Source of the DNA: a virus
Taxonomy: Duplodnaviria > Heunggongvirae > Uroviricota > Caudoviricetes
Length of the DNA stretch: 39,834 nucleotides
IMG/VR virus record: IMGVR_UViG_2563366858_000008
Direction: 5' to 3' (one strand)
The notes below the pieces were generated by a model. The model had not been told where the DNA came from, searched no databases, and saw nothing but the letters and a program-made list of their open reading frames with translations. The position numbers and the translations under genes are program-made. The number at the start of each line of letters is the position of its first letter. The stretch's first letter is position 1. Shown here piece by piece: positions 8,360 through 19,617 of this stretch.

Positions 8360-10834
8360 TTATTGCGGAGTGACATCCTGAGGTCGCCACCAGTATGTCT
8401 GGTTAAACTCTTTCTTCGAACGTTGCTCCATTTTACGCAAATAGCCTGGTGAAAAATACTCCTGCATCTGGTTAAAGATCATGTGATCGAGAGCCGCCTT
8501 TAAGTACCAGAGATTCGCACCTGGCATCAGACCTTTCCCCAGCTTAACCAGATCACCACCAGTCTGCTCATTCTTCCCTTCCACAGCATTTAACGGTATG
8601 CCCTGAGCAATCTTCACTACGTCATCAACCAGACCAGCTACCGGGCCAAGCATCGACGCCAGCGCGCCGCTTCCGTACCTAGTGTGATCTGACAATAAAA
8701 AGTCACCGTAAAGGCCAAGACCACCACCTTTCAGTAGAGCACCAAGCCAAAATTTAGCAGCATCTTCTCCTGTCATCTCGCGATGATTACGACCAGACGC
8801 AAGGTCGTTAAGTTGCTGAGACAAAGCGCCAAGAATGGTCGTGCTGGCAATAAACGTCGCAATATATGCCGCACGCCCACCAGCAGACGGCATACCCATA
8901 GCGCGTGACCAGTGACGCATAACCACCGAGATAGGGAACGATTTAAACAGGAAAACACTTCTCGTTAATTCACCTTTCCATGTTCCACGCTGAATACCAG
9001 AACCGGTTATCAGTTGCTCACGTGCTCCCGGTGTAATAACAGCCATATCAACTTCTTCAGTTACGGCACCGAGCAGTTTACGCATTGCCTCAAATTTCAC
9101 GCGTTCAGGCTCACCAAGATGTTTAACTGCTGAATCAGGGATACGCATAATGCTTTCCGGTGTCAGCATCGTATTATTACCGTTCCCCCAGTCCTCCTGT
9201 TGCGCCAGCTTCCATACGCTCCAGTCTGTGTCAGTAATCCCTTTGCTTTTCAGGATACGAAAATCAGAGTCATCGAGGCTACGAAGGTCTGGTGTCCGTG
9301 ACACTACTTCTCCCAGGCTTCCCATCATGGTTACGCCATAGGCGCGCTTGTGCGCATCTGACCATGCTGTAAGCCCACTGGCACGCATTACCGCCGTTGC
9401 CGCCCAACGAGACACTGACGGCCCCATATTATCCATCGCCCAGCGGTTAACGCTGCCAAGTAGAGATTCCATCGCCAGACCAGCGCGGCGCGCCCGCGCA
9501 AGTTCTGTACGGTTCGTTGGGTCCATAGCTTCAAGCTGGTTGCGAAATAACTGGTTCATTGGAAGGTTGGTCACCTTCGCAGACAGATACATGGTTCCAA
9601 GATCAGAGAACGATGACAGCAACGCGGATCCGAGTCTGCTGGCAACCAGCCAGTTGCGGATAGTGTCAGACCATCGCGCGATGTGCGGATTCGCTACAGG
9701 CTGTGTCTTTCCGGAAATAAAGTTGTACAGATTCTCTGTGTTGTTCGCCAGCCGCTCGACTTTACCGGTTTTACTCGGGTTAGCTGTTGCCGTTTCTGCC
9801 TTAACCTGATCAAGAAGGGAGCGGAAAACATGATCGGGGTTTGGACCATATGTTTCCACCAGAGCAATATCTTTACTGATACCTTCCAGGTGACCGACCA
9901 TGATTTCCCATAGAGAGCGATCACCATAAAGTTGTTGATATTGGAGATAGGAATCTGCATCTTTGAAATGTATCTGTCGTGATGCATTACCACGGTTAGC
10001 ACGTGCGCCGGAAATTCGCATTCCGGTATCAGTAAGCTTATTCAGCCCACCAGTAGCGATCGTGTTATAAGCCTCTCCAAGAAATGCAGACAACTCGGCA
10101 TCGTTCATCAGTTGTCCATCGGCTCGGGTATAATATTTGCGATCCAGCTTACCTATAACATCGCCAACCCACTTATCCTTTGATACCGCCCCAACCTTTT
10201 CCATAGAATGATGTTGAGGGATCCCCCAGTTTTCGAGATAGCCAATGTCCCCACCAGCATCATTAAACCGGCGGCGCAGCAGCTCTGTAACTTCTCTCCA
10301 CGCCTTAGCACCTTTTCTTGCTTTAGCATTGCCAGTATTTTGCCCCCGCATTTCATATACCAGGTCACGTACGCCCGCTTCATCTTCAAACAGACCAAAA
10401 AAGCGAGGATCAACTGCTTCGAATGCCTCCTGCAATTGACTCAATGCATAATCACGGGTGGCTTTTGTTCTGGATTCAACAGAGAGGAAATTAGATTTAC
10501 CGTCTGCATTAAAAGCTATAGTACGGTTAAGAGCGCCAAGTTTACCATCAGCCCCTTGATAGCTATTGATAAATTTATCCAATCTCTGACGCGCGGCTAT
10601 AGTGAGAGCCACACGACGTTTCTTTAATGCCGCTTCTCGCTGTAATTCTTCAGATGCCAATTGTGCTGCTCGATATAGCCGCTCTGATTCGGAAAGTTGT
10701 CGCCACGACATCGGGTCATCACGAGCAATGGAGCGCATATTTCGATAAATGCGGTCTTCAATGTTCTGTATTTCTCGCGCCGTTAACGTGCGCTGCGCCG
10801 CCTGCTGGACCGCTTGTATACATTCCTGTCTCAT
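8360..10834 (-). CDS. Large internal virion / DNA-ejection protein
   Basis: 824 aa; last of a block of large co-directional genes between head and tailspike, as in T7/epsilon15-type podoviruses. Confidence 0.5.
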   Translation of the reverse strand: MRQECIQAVQQAAQRTLTAREIQNIEDRIYRNMRSIARDDPMSWRQLSESERLYRAAQLASEELQREAALKKRRVALTIAARQRLDKFINSYQGADGKLGALNRTIAFNADGKSNFLSVESRTKATRDYALSQLQEAFEAVDPRFFGLFEDEAGVRDLVYEMRGQNTGNAKARKGAKAWREVTELLRRRFNDAGGDIGYLENWGIPQHHSMEKVGAVSKDKWVGDVIGKLDRKYYTRADGQLMNDAELSAFLGEAYNTIATGGLNKLTDTGMRISGARANRGNASRQIHFKDADSYLQYQQLYGDRSLWEIMVGHLEGISKDIALVETYGPNPDHVFRSLLDQVKAETATANPSKTGKVERLANNTENLYNFISGKTQPVANPHIARWSDTIRNWLVASRLGSALLSSFSDLGTMYLSAKVTNLPMNQLFRNQLEAMDPTNRTELARARRAGLAMESLLGSVNRWAMDNMGPSVSRWAATAVMRASGLTAWSDAHKRAYGVTMMGSLGEVVSRTPDLRSLDDSDFRILKSKGITDTDWSVWKLAQQEDWGNGNNTMLTPESIMRIPDSAVKHLGEPERVKFEAMRKLLGAVTEEVDMAVITPGAREQLITGSGIQRGTWKGELTRSVFLFKSFPISVVMRHWSRAMGMPSAGGRAAYIATFIASTTILGALSQQLNDLASGRNHREMTGEDAAKFWLGALLKGGGLGLYGDFLLSDHTRYGSGALASMLGPVAGLVDDVVKIAQGIPLNAVEGKNEQTGGDLVKLGKGLMPGANLWYLKAALDHMIFNQMQEYFSPGYLRKMEQRSKKEFNQTYWWRPQDVTPQ

Positions 10835-10839
10835 TTAAT

Positions 10840-12642
10840 TTAACCTCTCAAGAAACACGCCACAGCAACATCAAACAGGCTGGAATCCTGTATTGCCTGC
10901 TCACTTTCCCTGTTCGCTTCATCCAGTACTTCACGCGCACTGCGCGATTGTGGATTACCATCATCATCCAGTACGGTGATTATCATGTCCGGAGATTCAA
11001 GCAGCGAGTCTTCAGCTATACGCAGATCAATATCTCCTGCCGGATCTGCCATCATTTTTTGTTCTGCCTGTTGCAATATTTTATCAGGCTCAAAAGGAGC
11101 TACTTCGTCTGGCGTCCTGACCTCTGCTGTTTTATAGAATGAAACAGCCTGAGCATTAAGTTCACTTTCTGCCTGCTGTCTCCGAGCCAGTTCTGCTCGA
11201 GCTTCAAAAAACTGACCGCCAGGCTCGTGCGGTGTCAACGCGTTACGGGAAAATTCCAGGCGTTCTTGTGCCTGCCGGATTCGTTGATCAATATCGCGAA
11301 GTCTGGCCTGTTTATCTGATCGAGCACGAGACAAAGCTTTACCGCTACCGGTTAGCTCTTCTGCAAGAATTTGTGCACGCTGTTCAGTGAGATTTTCAAT
11401 AATTCGTTGGCTATTAGCGATTTCAGACTGGTAAACCTGTCTATCTCCACGCGGCAAAAGCTGCGCGGCCTGTTCTTCAAGCAACCGATTTTCTATAGCG
11501 CGCGCCGTTACTCCATCATCTACAGATGACAGAGCCTCATTAACTGCCTGAGACAGCAGACTCTTGCGCCCTGGAATTTCACTGAAAGATGCAGACTCAA
11601 CAATGCTCGCAACGTCTACAGGTCTCCCCTGGCTAACATCAGACATAGCTTTTCGCAGAGCCTGAATGTGAGAATTGCGCGAAAGCACGTTGATCGGCAC
11701 GCCGGGCGCAATATCAATTTCAGCATGATGAGCGGCATTCGCCGCCAGTGCAGCATCGATATCAACTGGTGAAAAATTTGGTGCGCTTGTAGACTCGCCG
11801 CGAGAGTTAATAAATCTGCCGACACCACCAAACGCCACCCCAAGAACAGCATCAATAGCAATTGCCTGTCGATCCAACACATCATACTGGTTAGCCATTT
11901 CGCTATAGCCACCATCACGAAGCGTTTTTGCAGTAAGCCCACGCTGTGCCATACCGAACGCAATATTTGTACCTGCGGCATAGGCAATATCTGGCGTTGC
12001 ACGTACTGCTGTTGCTGCGGCGCGTCGCACTGAACTTTCACCCGTCCGCGCAAGCTGAGCCGCCACACCTTCCGCCAGCGCACCACCAGCACGTAACCCG
12101 AGGCTCATAGGGATCAGTGTTCCGGCACCAGCAGTAATACCCTGCACTAATCCCGCTTCCTGCGCCGTCCTGAAATCAACCCCCTGTGCTGTCAGCCGTT
12201 CAAACTCAGAAAAACCCTGTAGAGAAGTTACCGCCGCAGCACCTCCGACCGGACCACCGAGCGTTGTACCGACAACAGCCTGCCCGCCCATATCGAACAA
12301 CCCATGAAGGACCTGCCCGGCGGTTCCGGTTGTCGCGGCATCAGGCGTCAGCCGCTTAACCTGCTGCTCTGCTAGTTTTCTCTGCTCAGCAATGTATGAA
12401 ACTGAAGTGTCATTGAGCGAGGTGTTTTCGTTAACAAACTGAGCAATCGGGGATACGATTTTATCCATCCCTGCCCATAGCAACTGGTCTGGCTTTGCCA
12501 CCAGCCCGGAGTACAAACCAGACAATGCCGCTCCTACAGCATTGTCGAAAAAACCAACATCGCTGTTAAAGCCAGCTGGATTTGATGTTGCTTCGTCAAG
12601 CTGCTGATTCTGGTTTACTGGATTAAGGCCAAAGTAACTCAT
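10840..12642 (-). CDS. Internal virion / ejection protein, Gly/Ala-rich
   Basis: 600 aa; start overlaps upstream stop (ATGA); no tape-measure context. Confidence 0.45.
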   Translation of the reverse strand: MSYFGLNPVNQNQQLDEATSNPAGFNSDVGFFDNAVGAALSGLYSGLVAKPDQLLWAGMDKIVSPIAQFVNENTSLNDTSVSYIAEQRKLAEQQVKRLTPDAATTGTAGQVLHGLFDMGGQAVVGTTLGGPVGGAAAVTSLQGFSEFERLTAQGVDFRTAQEAGLVQGITAGAGTLIPMSLGLRAGGALAEGVAAQLARTGESSVRRAAATAVRATPDIAYAAGTNIAFGMAQRGLTAKTLRDGGYSEMANQYDVLDRQAIAIDAVLGVAFGGVGRFINSRGESTSAPNFSPVDIDAALAANAAHHAEIDIAPGVPINVLSRNSHIQALRKAMSDVSQGRPVDVASIVESASFSEIPGRKSLLSQAVNEALSSVDDGVTARAIENRLLEEQAAQLLPRGDRQVYQSEIANSQRIIENLTEQRAQILAEELTGSGKALSRARSDKQARLRDIDQRIRQAQERLEFSRNALTPHEPGGQFFEARAELARRQQAESELNAQAVSFYKTAEVRTPDEVAPFEPDKILQQAEQKMMADPAGDIDLRIAEDSLLESPDMIITVLDDDGNPQSRSAREVLDEANRESEQAIQDSSLFDVAVACFLRG

Positions 12643-15152
12643 TGCGGAATATCTCCGGAGAATCTCTGACGCTTCTGTGTCAGATTAAGAACAACGGGAG
12701 AACCATCATCTTTCAGCAGATAACCAGTACCAAGTTTCACCAGGTACTGACTATCGCCGTAACTTTGCAAACCATACTGACCAGGCGGTGTTTTTATCCC
12801 GGAGCCGACAACTTGTTCATTCCAAGCCTGATTAACCTGCTTATCGAATTGCTCTGCAGACATTCCCCACGGCAAAAGGACATTCCCCATTCCGTTATAG
12901 TCATGCACGCCACCTGTAGCTACGTTAACAGCCTGTTTCCAGACATCATTGTCAATTTCGCCTGATACCACGCCTTTTTTCGCCATCACACCAGCGTAAT
13001 AATCCTTTGCGATCTCGTATGCCATTGATGCCCCCTGAGCGTCACCAGCAAATGCATCCTTCACCATGTCAGAAAACTCAAGGCGAAGATCAGCATCTTT
13101 AGGCATCGGAATACCTTTCGCATCATCAGTACCTTTACGAGCCGCCGCGCCAGCAAGAATTGTCTGCGCAGCGGTTTCAGGAGACACGGAAACATCCGGA
13201 TTAAACCAGTTTTTTTCTGCCAAAATACCACCAGGCTTATCCATCAGTATCCCGGCAACGGCAGCAGATGGAGCGTTGGCACTGATCTGCTGTAGTGCTG
13301 ACATATACACCTGCCCACCACCAGTGCTCTGCCTGATGGTATCGAGATATGCTGCCTGTTGGGAAACTGGAGCATCACGAAAGAAAACACCTATCTGATT
13401 GGCCTCGTCTTTGGAAAAGAACGTCAGTGGAGTGCCATATGACTTAGCAAGGTCACTGACCTGAGCGGCACGCAAGGCAACGCTCTGTCCAAAGTTATCC
13501 TTATTGCTCATGTCGATAGGCTTTGCCTGTCCGGAGGCAAGAGAGAACTGCACAGGATCCGACTGCCGCTGCTTTATCACCTGATTTGCAGCCGAAACAA
13601 CGTTGTCATAAAGAGCTGCGCGTGCCGCATAGCCCTCCCCTGTATCACCAGTATCCGGGCGTAATTGCTCAACATATGCTGTAATGCTGCTTGTCGGCAT
13701 GTTGCGGAAAGAGCCTATATACTGTCCGGCGATCTGCGTATTTCTGAACTCGGTATATCGCAGGTTTCCTTCTCTGACGCCATAAGCTGCAATAAAATCA
13801 GCCTCACCAGGTGGATTAGGAAATTCAACGCCACGCATATACGCAGCCGTCGCATCGCGAACCTGGCTGTCAATCATCGTTTTATATTCAGCCTGCTGCT
13901 GCCGACGCAGTTGATCCGCCTGTCGCATAAAACTTGCCTGCGCCTCAGGAGATGCCGCATCGAATGCTGCATTACCGGTATAGCGTTTGGTGTTGGTTGG
14001 AATTGTTGATAAACCAAGTGCTGCACTGACACCAGCAGTTAACTGCTGATCACTGTATGGCTGGCTACCGTTCTCATGATGGATAATGGCTGCACAAAGC
14101 GCCTTCAGGGTATCAGGATTAGATGCATCGAGAGGCTCATCAGCAGAAACGCCAAGTTGTTCGCACACTGCTTTGATATACGACATAGTGTCATTTTTAT
14201 CAGTAGGCGGTGCCCAGCGATTAATTATCTCGCTGACGGTATCAATACCCTGCCTCTGATACGACATCAGGTTCCGCCCTAATGCACGAATCCCGTGTTC
14301 AGGTGTTTCGAATTTAGCAAATCGACCATCATCACCGGTCTGGCCTACCCACGGATTGGTTTTGCTGTATTCGAGATTTCCTGGGTTATTGTTGCGTATG
14401 CCACGGGCACGCTCGGAAGAATCACTATCTGCTACAGCACGGCGAGCTCCAGCAGCAGTATCACTTAACTCGCCATTACTTTGGATGAATGCGGTCGCAT
14501 TGTTTGCCGACCACTGGGACAATGCTGCATCAGCAACCTTCTCTTTAAACTCGATTTTCTTGGCCTGGATTTGCTCGTCGCTCCAGCCATGCGCAATGCC
14601 GTAATCCTCAATTTGCTGGAAAGTTTGCTTATTAGCCAATACGTATGCGGCGTTGTCGCCATACAATGCTGAGGCATTTTTACCATTGTTCAGCAGCGTC
14701 GCCTGAAACTGGCCTTCTTCGTAGGCATTTATTTGCCCTATCTCGTGCCGCCCGGCCTGCGTAGTGAACTGAATGCGCTGCTGCTGCGCCTGCTGCATGA
14801 AAGCATTACGAGCCTGTTCATCCGGCAGCGACATAGCCAGTTGCTCGACCTGGGCATCAAACTGCTGCGTATACTCCTGACCTTTTCCAATAGCATTTTT
14901 CCCTTTCAGGTTAAGCAAACCTGTTTCAGGGTTATTCAACAGATCGCTGCTTATCTGGCTTAAGCTAAGAGAAGCATCCTGAGCCATAGCAACATTCGCA
15001 CGCTGTTTTGCCTGCGCAATAATACCTGCATATTGCTCTGCAACATCGCCAAGTACATCACCGACATTTGGAGTCTGAAACGATGAGAATCCCTGAGTCG
15101 AAATCCCTCTGCTCTGAACCTGACGGCCCGATGTTGTTGGTACAACTGGCAT
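12639..15152 (-). CDS. Large internal virion (core) protein
   Basis: 837 aa; contains segment RGIRNNNPGNLEY of unknown function. Confidence 0.5.
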   Translation of the reverse strand: MPVVPTTSGRQVQSRGISTQGFSSFQTPNVGDVLGDVAEQYAGIIAQAKQRANVAMAQDASLSLSQISSDLLNNPETGLLNLKGKNAIGKGQEYTQQFDAQVEQLAMSLPDEQARNAFMQQAQQQRIQFTTQAGRHEIGQINAYEEGQFQATLLNNGKNASALYGDNAAYVLANKQTFQQIEDYGIAHGWSDEQIQAKKIEFKEKVADAALSQWSANNATAFIQSNGELSDTAAGARRAVADSDSSERARGIRNNNPGNLEYSKTNPWVGQTGDDGRFAKFETPEHGIRALGRNLMSYQRQGIDTVSEIINRWAPPTDKNDTMSYIKAVCEQLGVSADEPLDASNPDTLKALCAAIIHHENGSQPYSDQQLTAGVSAALGLSTIPTNTKRYTGNAAFDAASPEAQASFMRQADQLRRQQQAEYKTMIDSQVRDATAAYMRGVEFPNPPGEADFIAAYGVREGNLRYTEFRNTQIAGQYIGSFRNMPTSSITAYVEQLRPDTGDTGEGYAARAALYDNVVSAANQVIKQRQSDPVQFSLASGQAKPIDMSNKDNFGQSVALRAAQVSDLAKSYGTPLTFFSKDEANQIGVFFRDAPVSQQAAYLDTIRQSTGGGQVYMSALQQISANAPSAAVAGILMDKPGGILAEKNWFNPDVSVSPETAAQTILAGAAARKGTDDAKGIPMPKDADLRLEFSDMVKDAFAGDAQGASMAYEIAKDYYAGVMAKKGVVSGEIDNDVWKQAVNVATGGVHDYNGMGNVLLPWGMSAEQFDKQVNQAWNEQVVGSGIKTPPGQYGLQSYGDSQYLVKLGTGYLLKDDGSPVVLNLTQKRQRFSGDIPQ

Positions 15153-15164
15153 CTTATTATCCCC

Positions 15165-15704
15165 TTATCGACCGGTTGGAGTGCCAACAGCAGCAGAAAT
15201 CGGCGCAGCCTTCTGAGAGAACGGGCTCCACGTTCCGCCGCCCAACTTATATGCACCGTATGCTTTTAGTGGTGCCGTTAACAAAGTGCTGGTCATCGAT
15301 GATTTAGCAGCCGACTGAGCAGCAGCACCCTGTGCCTGAGCATTCATTCCCTGAACCTGATACCCATATGCCTCACGCTGAGCATTATTCACTGTCGTTA
15401 ACGCATCAAGAGTGCCGAACTGAGCATTATCCGCAAAAACGTCAAGAGCTGTTCCGCTACTTAATTCCGCACCGGTAGCCCCCATAGTGGCCGCCGCAGT
15501 GCCTGAGCGTTGACGCATTTCACGACGACGCTGATCCGCTTCAATATTCCCACGATTGATTGAATCCTGTGCCTGAGCTTCAGCAATTTCAGCATTCCGA
15601 TCAGCTATGGCTGACTGGTATTTTGCCTGCTTGCTCTGGCTGTACATTGACGCGGCTGTGGATGCCACTGTGACGGCAACCAAAGCGATGGCTGGGTTAC
15701 ACAT
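15165..15704 (-). CDS. Internal virion protein, Ala/Gln-rich
   Basis: 179 aa; N-terminal hydrophobic segment; start overlaps upstream stop by 1 nt. Confidence 0.45.
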   Translation of the reverse strand: MCNPAIALVAVTVASTAASMYSQSKQAKYQSAIADRNAEIAEAQAQDSINRGNIEADQRRREMRQRSGTAAATMGATGAELSSGTALDVFADNAQFGTLDALTTVNNAQREAYGYQVQGMNAQAQGAAAQSAAKSSMTSTLLTAPLKAYGAYKLGGGTWSPFSQKAAPISAAVGTPTGR

Positions 15705-16168
15705 TATTTTCTCTCCATGTGAAATCTGTGGAAATTAAGACCAAGAGCACCATAAGGCGCGGCTTCTTCAAGCCTGAATCCAAGCCAGTGGAGCCATGCT
15801 TTGGCAACATGGTTTCGCTCGTCGACGTAGTTTTCCAGACGCGGATAAACTGCCAGCATCTGCTGCAATACAGGGCGGCAGTGGCGAAGAAATGTCTTCT
15901 GATATTTTTCAATACGGCTGGTTCCTACCAGCCATGGCGTACCATTGCCACCGATCATTGACGCCGGAGATACACCAAACATGGTTACCAGTTCTCCGTT
16001 CGCGAACCCTGACCAGGCTATAGTCGCAGTGCGCAGACCAACACGCAGCGCATCTTCGGTAGTCATCAGTGATACCGCATACAGTTCGTCAATATCAGCC
16101 TGACGAACATCCGGCAAAATCATCTGAAGATGCTCTTCGGTAGCGGGAATAATTTGGACATCGATCAT
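15704..16168 (-). CDS. Virion structural protein
   Basis: 154 aa; 1-nt overlap junctions with neighbours. Confidence 0.45.
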   Translation of the reverse strand: MIDVQIIPATEEHLQMILPDVRQADIDELYAVSLMTTEDALRVGLRTATIAWSGFANGELVTMFGVSPASMIGGNGTPWLVGTSRIEKYQKTFLRHCRPVLQQMLAVYPRLENYVDERNHVAKAWLHWLGFRLEEAAPYGALGLNFHRFHMERK

Positions 16169-18639
16169 CAGAATCCCCCAACAGTAAGGCGAGGAATAAC
16201 GGCAAGAACAGACAGCGGCAACGGGTCAAGCTGACGGATTTTTACACGTCCGTTTTTGCCCCAGTTACTGTCCAGTTTCACTTCTACTTTTCCGGTAGCG
16301 TCATCAACAGGATCATCGTAGAACTCGAATTCACGCTGTGGATATTCGTACCATTTACCGCCGGGCGTAGTCGCCCAGATGCCGCGACTGGCATTCACAA
16401 CCAGAGTAACGGAGGGGATCACCTGTTTTTTGTCCAGCAGCGTTTCCTGTCCGTTAATGTTGATATCCAGTGTTTCGAATTCAGCAGTTATTGGCAGGCC
16501 GATGTGCACTACAGCCCCCGGAGATTCCAGTGTGACGGCACCTCCGGAAACAACTTTCTGTGGCTCAACATTCGCATCAGAAAGAATGTTTACGGTCTGT
16601 CCTTCAAGATGAGACAGGCCTCCAAATGTCCGGCGCGCCATCTGCCAGTTCGTGGTGGCCGCATTCCTGAGGGATGGCGGGACGTTCCTGTTAGCACGAA
16701 CCACTACAGCGGTATTGCTGGTTACAGAAATAATGTCGCAACGTAATTCTTTTGACACTTCATCGCCAGTATCAGGATCAGTTCCGGTATAAGGGAGCTG
16801 TAGTTGCGCGCCGACATCACTACTGGTGAAGTACGCACCACCAGAAACACTGATTGTATATTCCGTGCGGTAATCCCATTCACCAGAACCACCAGTGATG
16901 GTCATCGTTCTGTCAGACGTATTTCTTCCATCATAGCTAAGGCCAGAATCAACAAAGAAAGCATCTTCATCGCTGGTAAATAAACGGCTGGACAGTCTCT
17001 CGATGTATCTCACTGTTTGCCCGTTAACGGTTCGGTTAACGACGAAATACACCGCATCTTCATTGCCTTCGCTGATACTGCACGTGCTTTCATATTTTCC
17101 GGTACTGGACTGTGGTGCCCATGCAAAAACCTGTTGATCACGCAAATAGGTCATCACCAGTAATTTACCGTCATCACGAATGCAGAAGGCGCTGGAGTAA
17201 GGGACAATCGAGAAGCACCAGTCAACAATGCTGTGCTTCTGAAAAAGATGATTGGCAAGGATGGTCAGGTCGTTCCCCTGATAGCCATCAACATCGAATG
17301 AGTAGGCCAGATCACGGACAACACTGCCTTTCTCCTGGACGAACAGAGCAATATTCGCCACGGCAATTGGTGGGACGTTGCTTGAGCCATTTGATCCCTG
17401 AGAACTGAATGCAAATGATGATGGGGTTAATACTTTGTTCTGGTCGCCGGTGATGACGTACTCACCTCCGGAAGTCAGCGCCACCAGCGAACCAACATCA
17501 ATCAGGTGGCGGATCTCATTAACCTGACGTCCGGCATAGGTGTAGATAATTCTGTCGTCATCCTGCGTAGGATTGCTTTTGCCAAAATCCTTATAATCCC
17601 CGGTACGGCTGGCCCAGATAGTCTGAGGGAACGCAGTCGATGCGGCGAAGTAAAGACGTTGTTGATAATAAACAACAGTGCCAGGATAACCGTTAATACT
17701 GTTCCAGGCATATTTAGCCCATTTATAGCTGGCATTATCCTCGCCAACTACCTGCGAAGGGATATAGGAAATCACCTCGGCAGTTGCAGTAGTTCCATTT
17801 GCAGCAGAGATACGGGCAATGCCAAAACCACTGTGCAGATACTCCCACTCAATGCCGGTATCATCATCACCGGATCCGCCCCAGCCATCCCATGATGTGC
17901 CTTCTGTATGCGAAGGGCGCAAAGTGCCTGTTTTGCCTGCTGTAACGGCGCGATAGTAGTTACTGTCTGCACGGCGAATATCGCCAATCGACGTACTCTT
18001 ACTGGTTTCCCATACCGGCACAGAATCCACTGCAGGTTGTTCCAGATAGAACAATTTGCCTACCTGCTCCGCGCCAAAAATAGAGGCGCTTGCCGTTAAC
18101 GTAATTGTCCCGGTGCTGGCGCTGGCATAAACCGTCACTGACTCGTCAATATTGATATCTTCAAATGGCCCGTTCTTCGTTACCACATCAACCAGTTGCC
18201 AGTTGTCATGCGCATAGCGGCGCAACTCTTTCGGCGGGTATGCCGGATGAACCAGCGTAAGCACGTCGGCGCTTTGCGTGAATTTAATTCGGAACAGATC
18301 GGCTTCAGTATATGGTGTGGCAATTTCATAAATAACATTGCTGCTGTTCAGCACCAACGCACCATCTTTGATAACGCGCATGTACTGGTGTCCGAACTCC
18401 AGAGCATAGGTCTGAACCGTCGAGAACTGGAACGGGATCAGGCGGCATTTCCGATTTGGGTATTTGGCGGCACCGACAAAACGCGTACCAGGTCGATTCT
18501 CAACGCCGCCATACTGCCGCACAATAAAGTTATCGCACTTGCGCAATGCCACCTGGTACTTCGCCATGTCGATACGACCGTACAACGACGGTCCAATCTC
18601 ACCACCGGCAAAGCTGGGCTGGATCCAACTGATAGCCAT
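16168..18639 (-). CDS. Tail hub / tail tubular protein B-like (nozzle)
   Basis: 823 aa; immediately downstream of a gp11-like adaptor gene; call from position and size. Confidence 0.4.
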   Translation of the reverse strand: MAISWIQPSFAGGEIGPSLYGRIDMAKYQVALRKCDNFIVRQYGGVENRPGTRFVGAAKYPNRKCRLIPFQFSTVQTYALEFGHQYMRVIKDGALVLNSSNVIYEIATPYTEADLFRIKFTQSADVLTLVHPAYPPKELRRYAHDNWQLVDVVTKNGPFEDINIDESVTVYASASTGTITLTASASIFGAEQVGKLFYLEQPAVDSVPVWETSKSTSIGDIRRADSNYYRAVTAGKTGTLRPSHTEGTSWDGWGGSGDDDTGIEWEYLHSGFGIARISAANGTTATAEVISYIPSQVVGEDNASYKWAKYAWNSINGYPGTVVYYQQRLYFAASTAFPQTIWASRTGDYKDFGKSNPTQDDDRIIYTYAGRQVNEIRHLIDVGSLVALTSGGEYVITGDQNKVLTPSSFAFSSQGSNGSSNVPPIAVANIALFVQEKGSVVRDLAYSFDVDGYQGNDLTILANHLFQKHSIVDWCFSIVPYSSAFCIRDDGKLLVMTYLRDQQVFAWAPQSSTGKYESTCSISEGNEDAVYFVVNRTVNGQTVRYIERLSSRLFTSDEDAFFVDSGLSYDGRNTSDRTMTITGGSGEWDYRTEYTISVSGGAYFTSSDVGAQLQLPYTGTDPDTGDEVSKELRCDIISVTSNTAVVVRANRNVPPSLRNAATTNWQMARRTFGGLSHLEGQTVNILSDANVEPQKVVSGGAVTLESPGAVVHIGLPITAEFETLDININGQETLLDKKQVIPSVTLVVNASRGIWATTPGGKWYEYPQREFEFYDDPVDDATGKVEVKLDSNWGKNGRVKIRQLDPLPLSVLAVIPRLTVGGF

Positions 18640-19247
18640 CAGGACAACCTCGCAATGGTAAACTCATCAACCGGTGGCTGTGGTTCCTGTGATTCATTCT
18701 GGCTATGCGAGCCAGCACTAAGAATCACGCGATTGTACATATTGAGGGCAAACGTACCGAGGTCTGCATTCCCAGTCAGCGCCATGTTAATAGCTGCCGC
18801 AAGACGCCAGGCCAACGCCTCCATAAAAATGGCATCAAACATGTTCACATCTGTAACGCGAGAGACATACTTGAGCCATGCCTGAGGCTGGTCTGTGTAG
18901 ATCAACTTTCCTGTTCCGTTGGTGTCTGCACCAACTTCGTACTGAACGCGCATTGCTGCTGTTGGATTGCGTACACCAGGAAGCATAATTTCAGTAATGC
19001 GCAGACAATCTGACGGGTACTGGTACGCATATTCCCAGTCAGGCGGTGGATTGCTCGTATCTGCAAGCGCCACGCGTTTGGTAGCAAAGTTCCAGTCAAA
19101 ATCAGAAAGCACAGCATCACGGCAGGCCTCAAAGTGCAGCGAACATTCCCCCGCTTCCTTGCTGGCTTCCGTCAGGCTGTTAATGCTGCGGCTATTGCCA
19201 ATATTGGACAGCGCACGATTACAGATCTCTACTACAGAGGCCATCAC
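18639..19247 (-). CDS. Tail adaptor / tail tubular protein A-like (T7 gp11-like)
   Basis: 202 aa; N-terminal ALSNIGNSRSINSL resembles T7 gp11 N-terminus (weak, recalled); ATGA overlap with upstream gene. Confidence 0.4.
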   Translation of the reverse strand: MMASVVEICNRALSNIGNSRSINSLTEASKEAGECSLHFEACRDAVLSDFDWNFATKRVALADTSNPPPDWEYAYQYPSDCLRITEIMLPGVRNPTAAMRVQYEVGADTNGTGKLIYTDQPQAWLKYVSRVTDVNMFDAIFMEALAWRLAAAINMALTGNADLGTFALNMYNRVILSAGSHSQNESQEPQPPVDEFTIARLS

Positions 19248-19567
19248 TCACCTCCGTTACCGTACAGAGTTTCAGCCGCTGATTTTTCTACATCCCCGGA
19301 AACAGGAGCGATCGCCATATCAGTGATCTGCAGATCGGCGCTGCGATTAACACCATCGTCAGTTTCTCTGGCAGACAGGCCTCGAATAACAGCCTTTGCA
19401 GTTATCATCACTTCTGTTCCGACGCCCTGAGGTTGCGCCTTCAGCTTATTCAATGTGTCGTTATTAAGAGTGATGCACAGCCCCCACGGGTATTCATCGC
19501 GAGTTCTGGTTTCTCCGCTCTCATCCTGGTAGCTGTCAGTGCCGGTTTTGAGGTTTACGAGTTCCAT
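19244..19567 (-). CDS. Head-proximal structural protein
   Basis: AGGAG RBS 5 nt before ATG 19567; 107 aa. Confidence 0.5.
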   Translation of the reverse strand: MELVNLKTGTDSYQDESGETRTRDEYPWGLCITLNNDTLNKLKAQPQGVGTEVMITAKAVIRGLSARETDDGVNRSADLQITDMAIAPVSGDVEKSAAETLYGNGGE

Positions 19568-19585
19568 ATACACTCCTGCAATAAA

Positions 19586-19599
19586 GGGGCCGAAGCCCC
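19586..19599 (-). terminator. Intra-operon stem-loop (attenuator or mRNA stabiliser)
   Basis: GGGGC-cgaa-GCCCC; on the minus strand followed by TTTATTG, then the RBS of the next gene. Confidence 0.4.
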
Positions 19600-19617
19600 T
19601 TGTCTGATTCGCGAGGC

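Noticed and set aside
10840-12642. Gly/Ala-rich 600-aa protein as a possible tape-measure protein
   Set aside because: No tail tube, chaperone frameshift pair or other siphovirus tail genes nearby; context is a podovirus internal-protein block.
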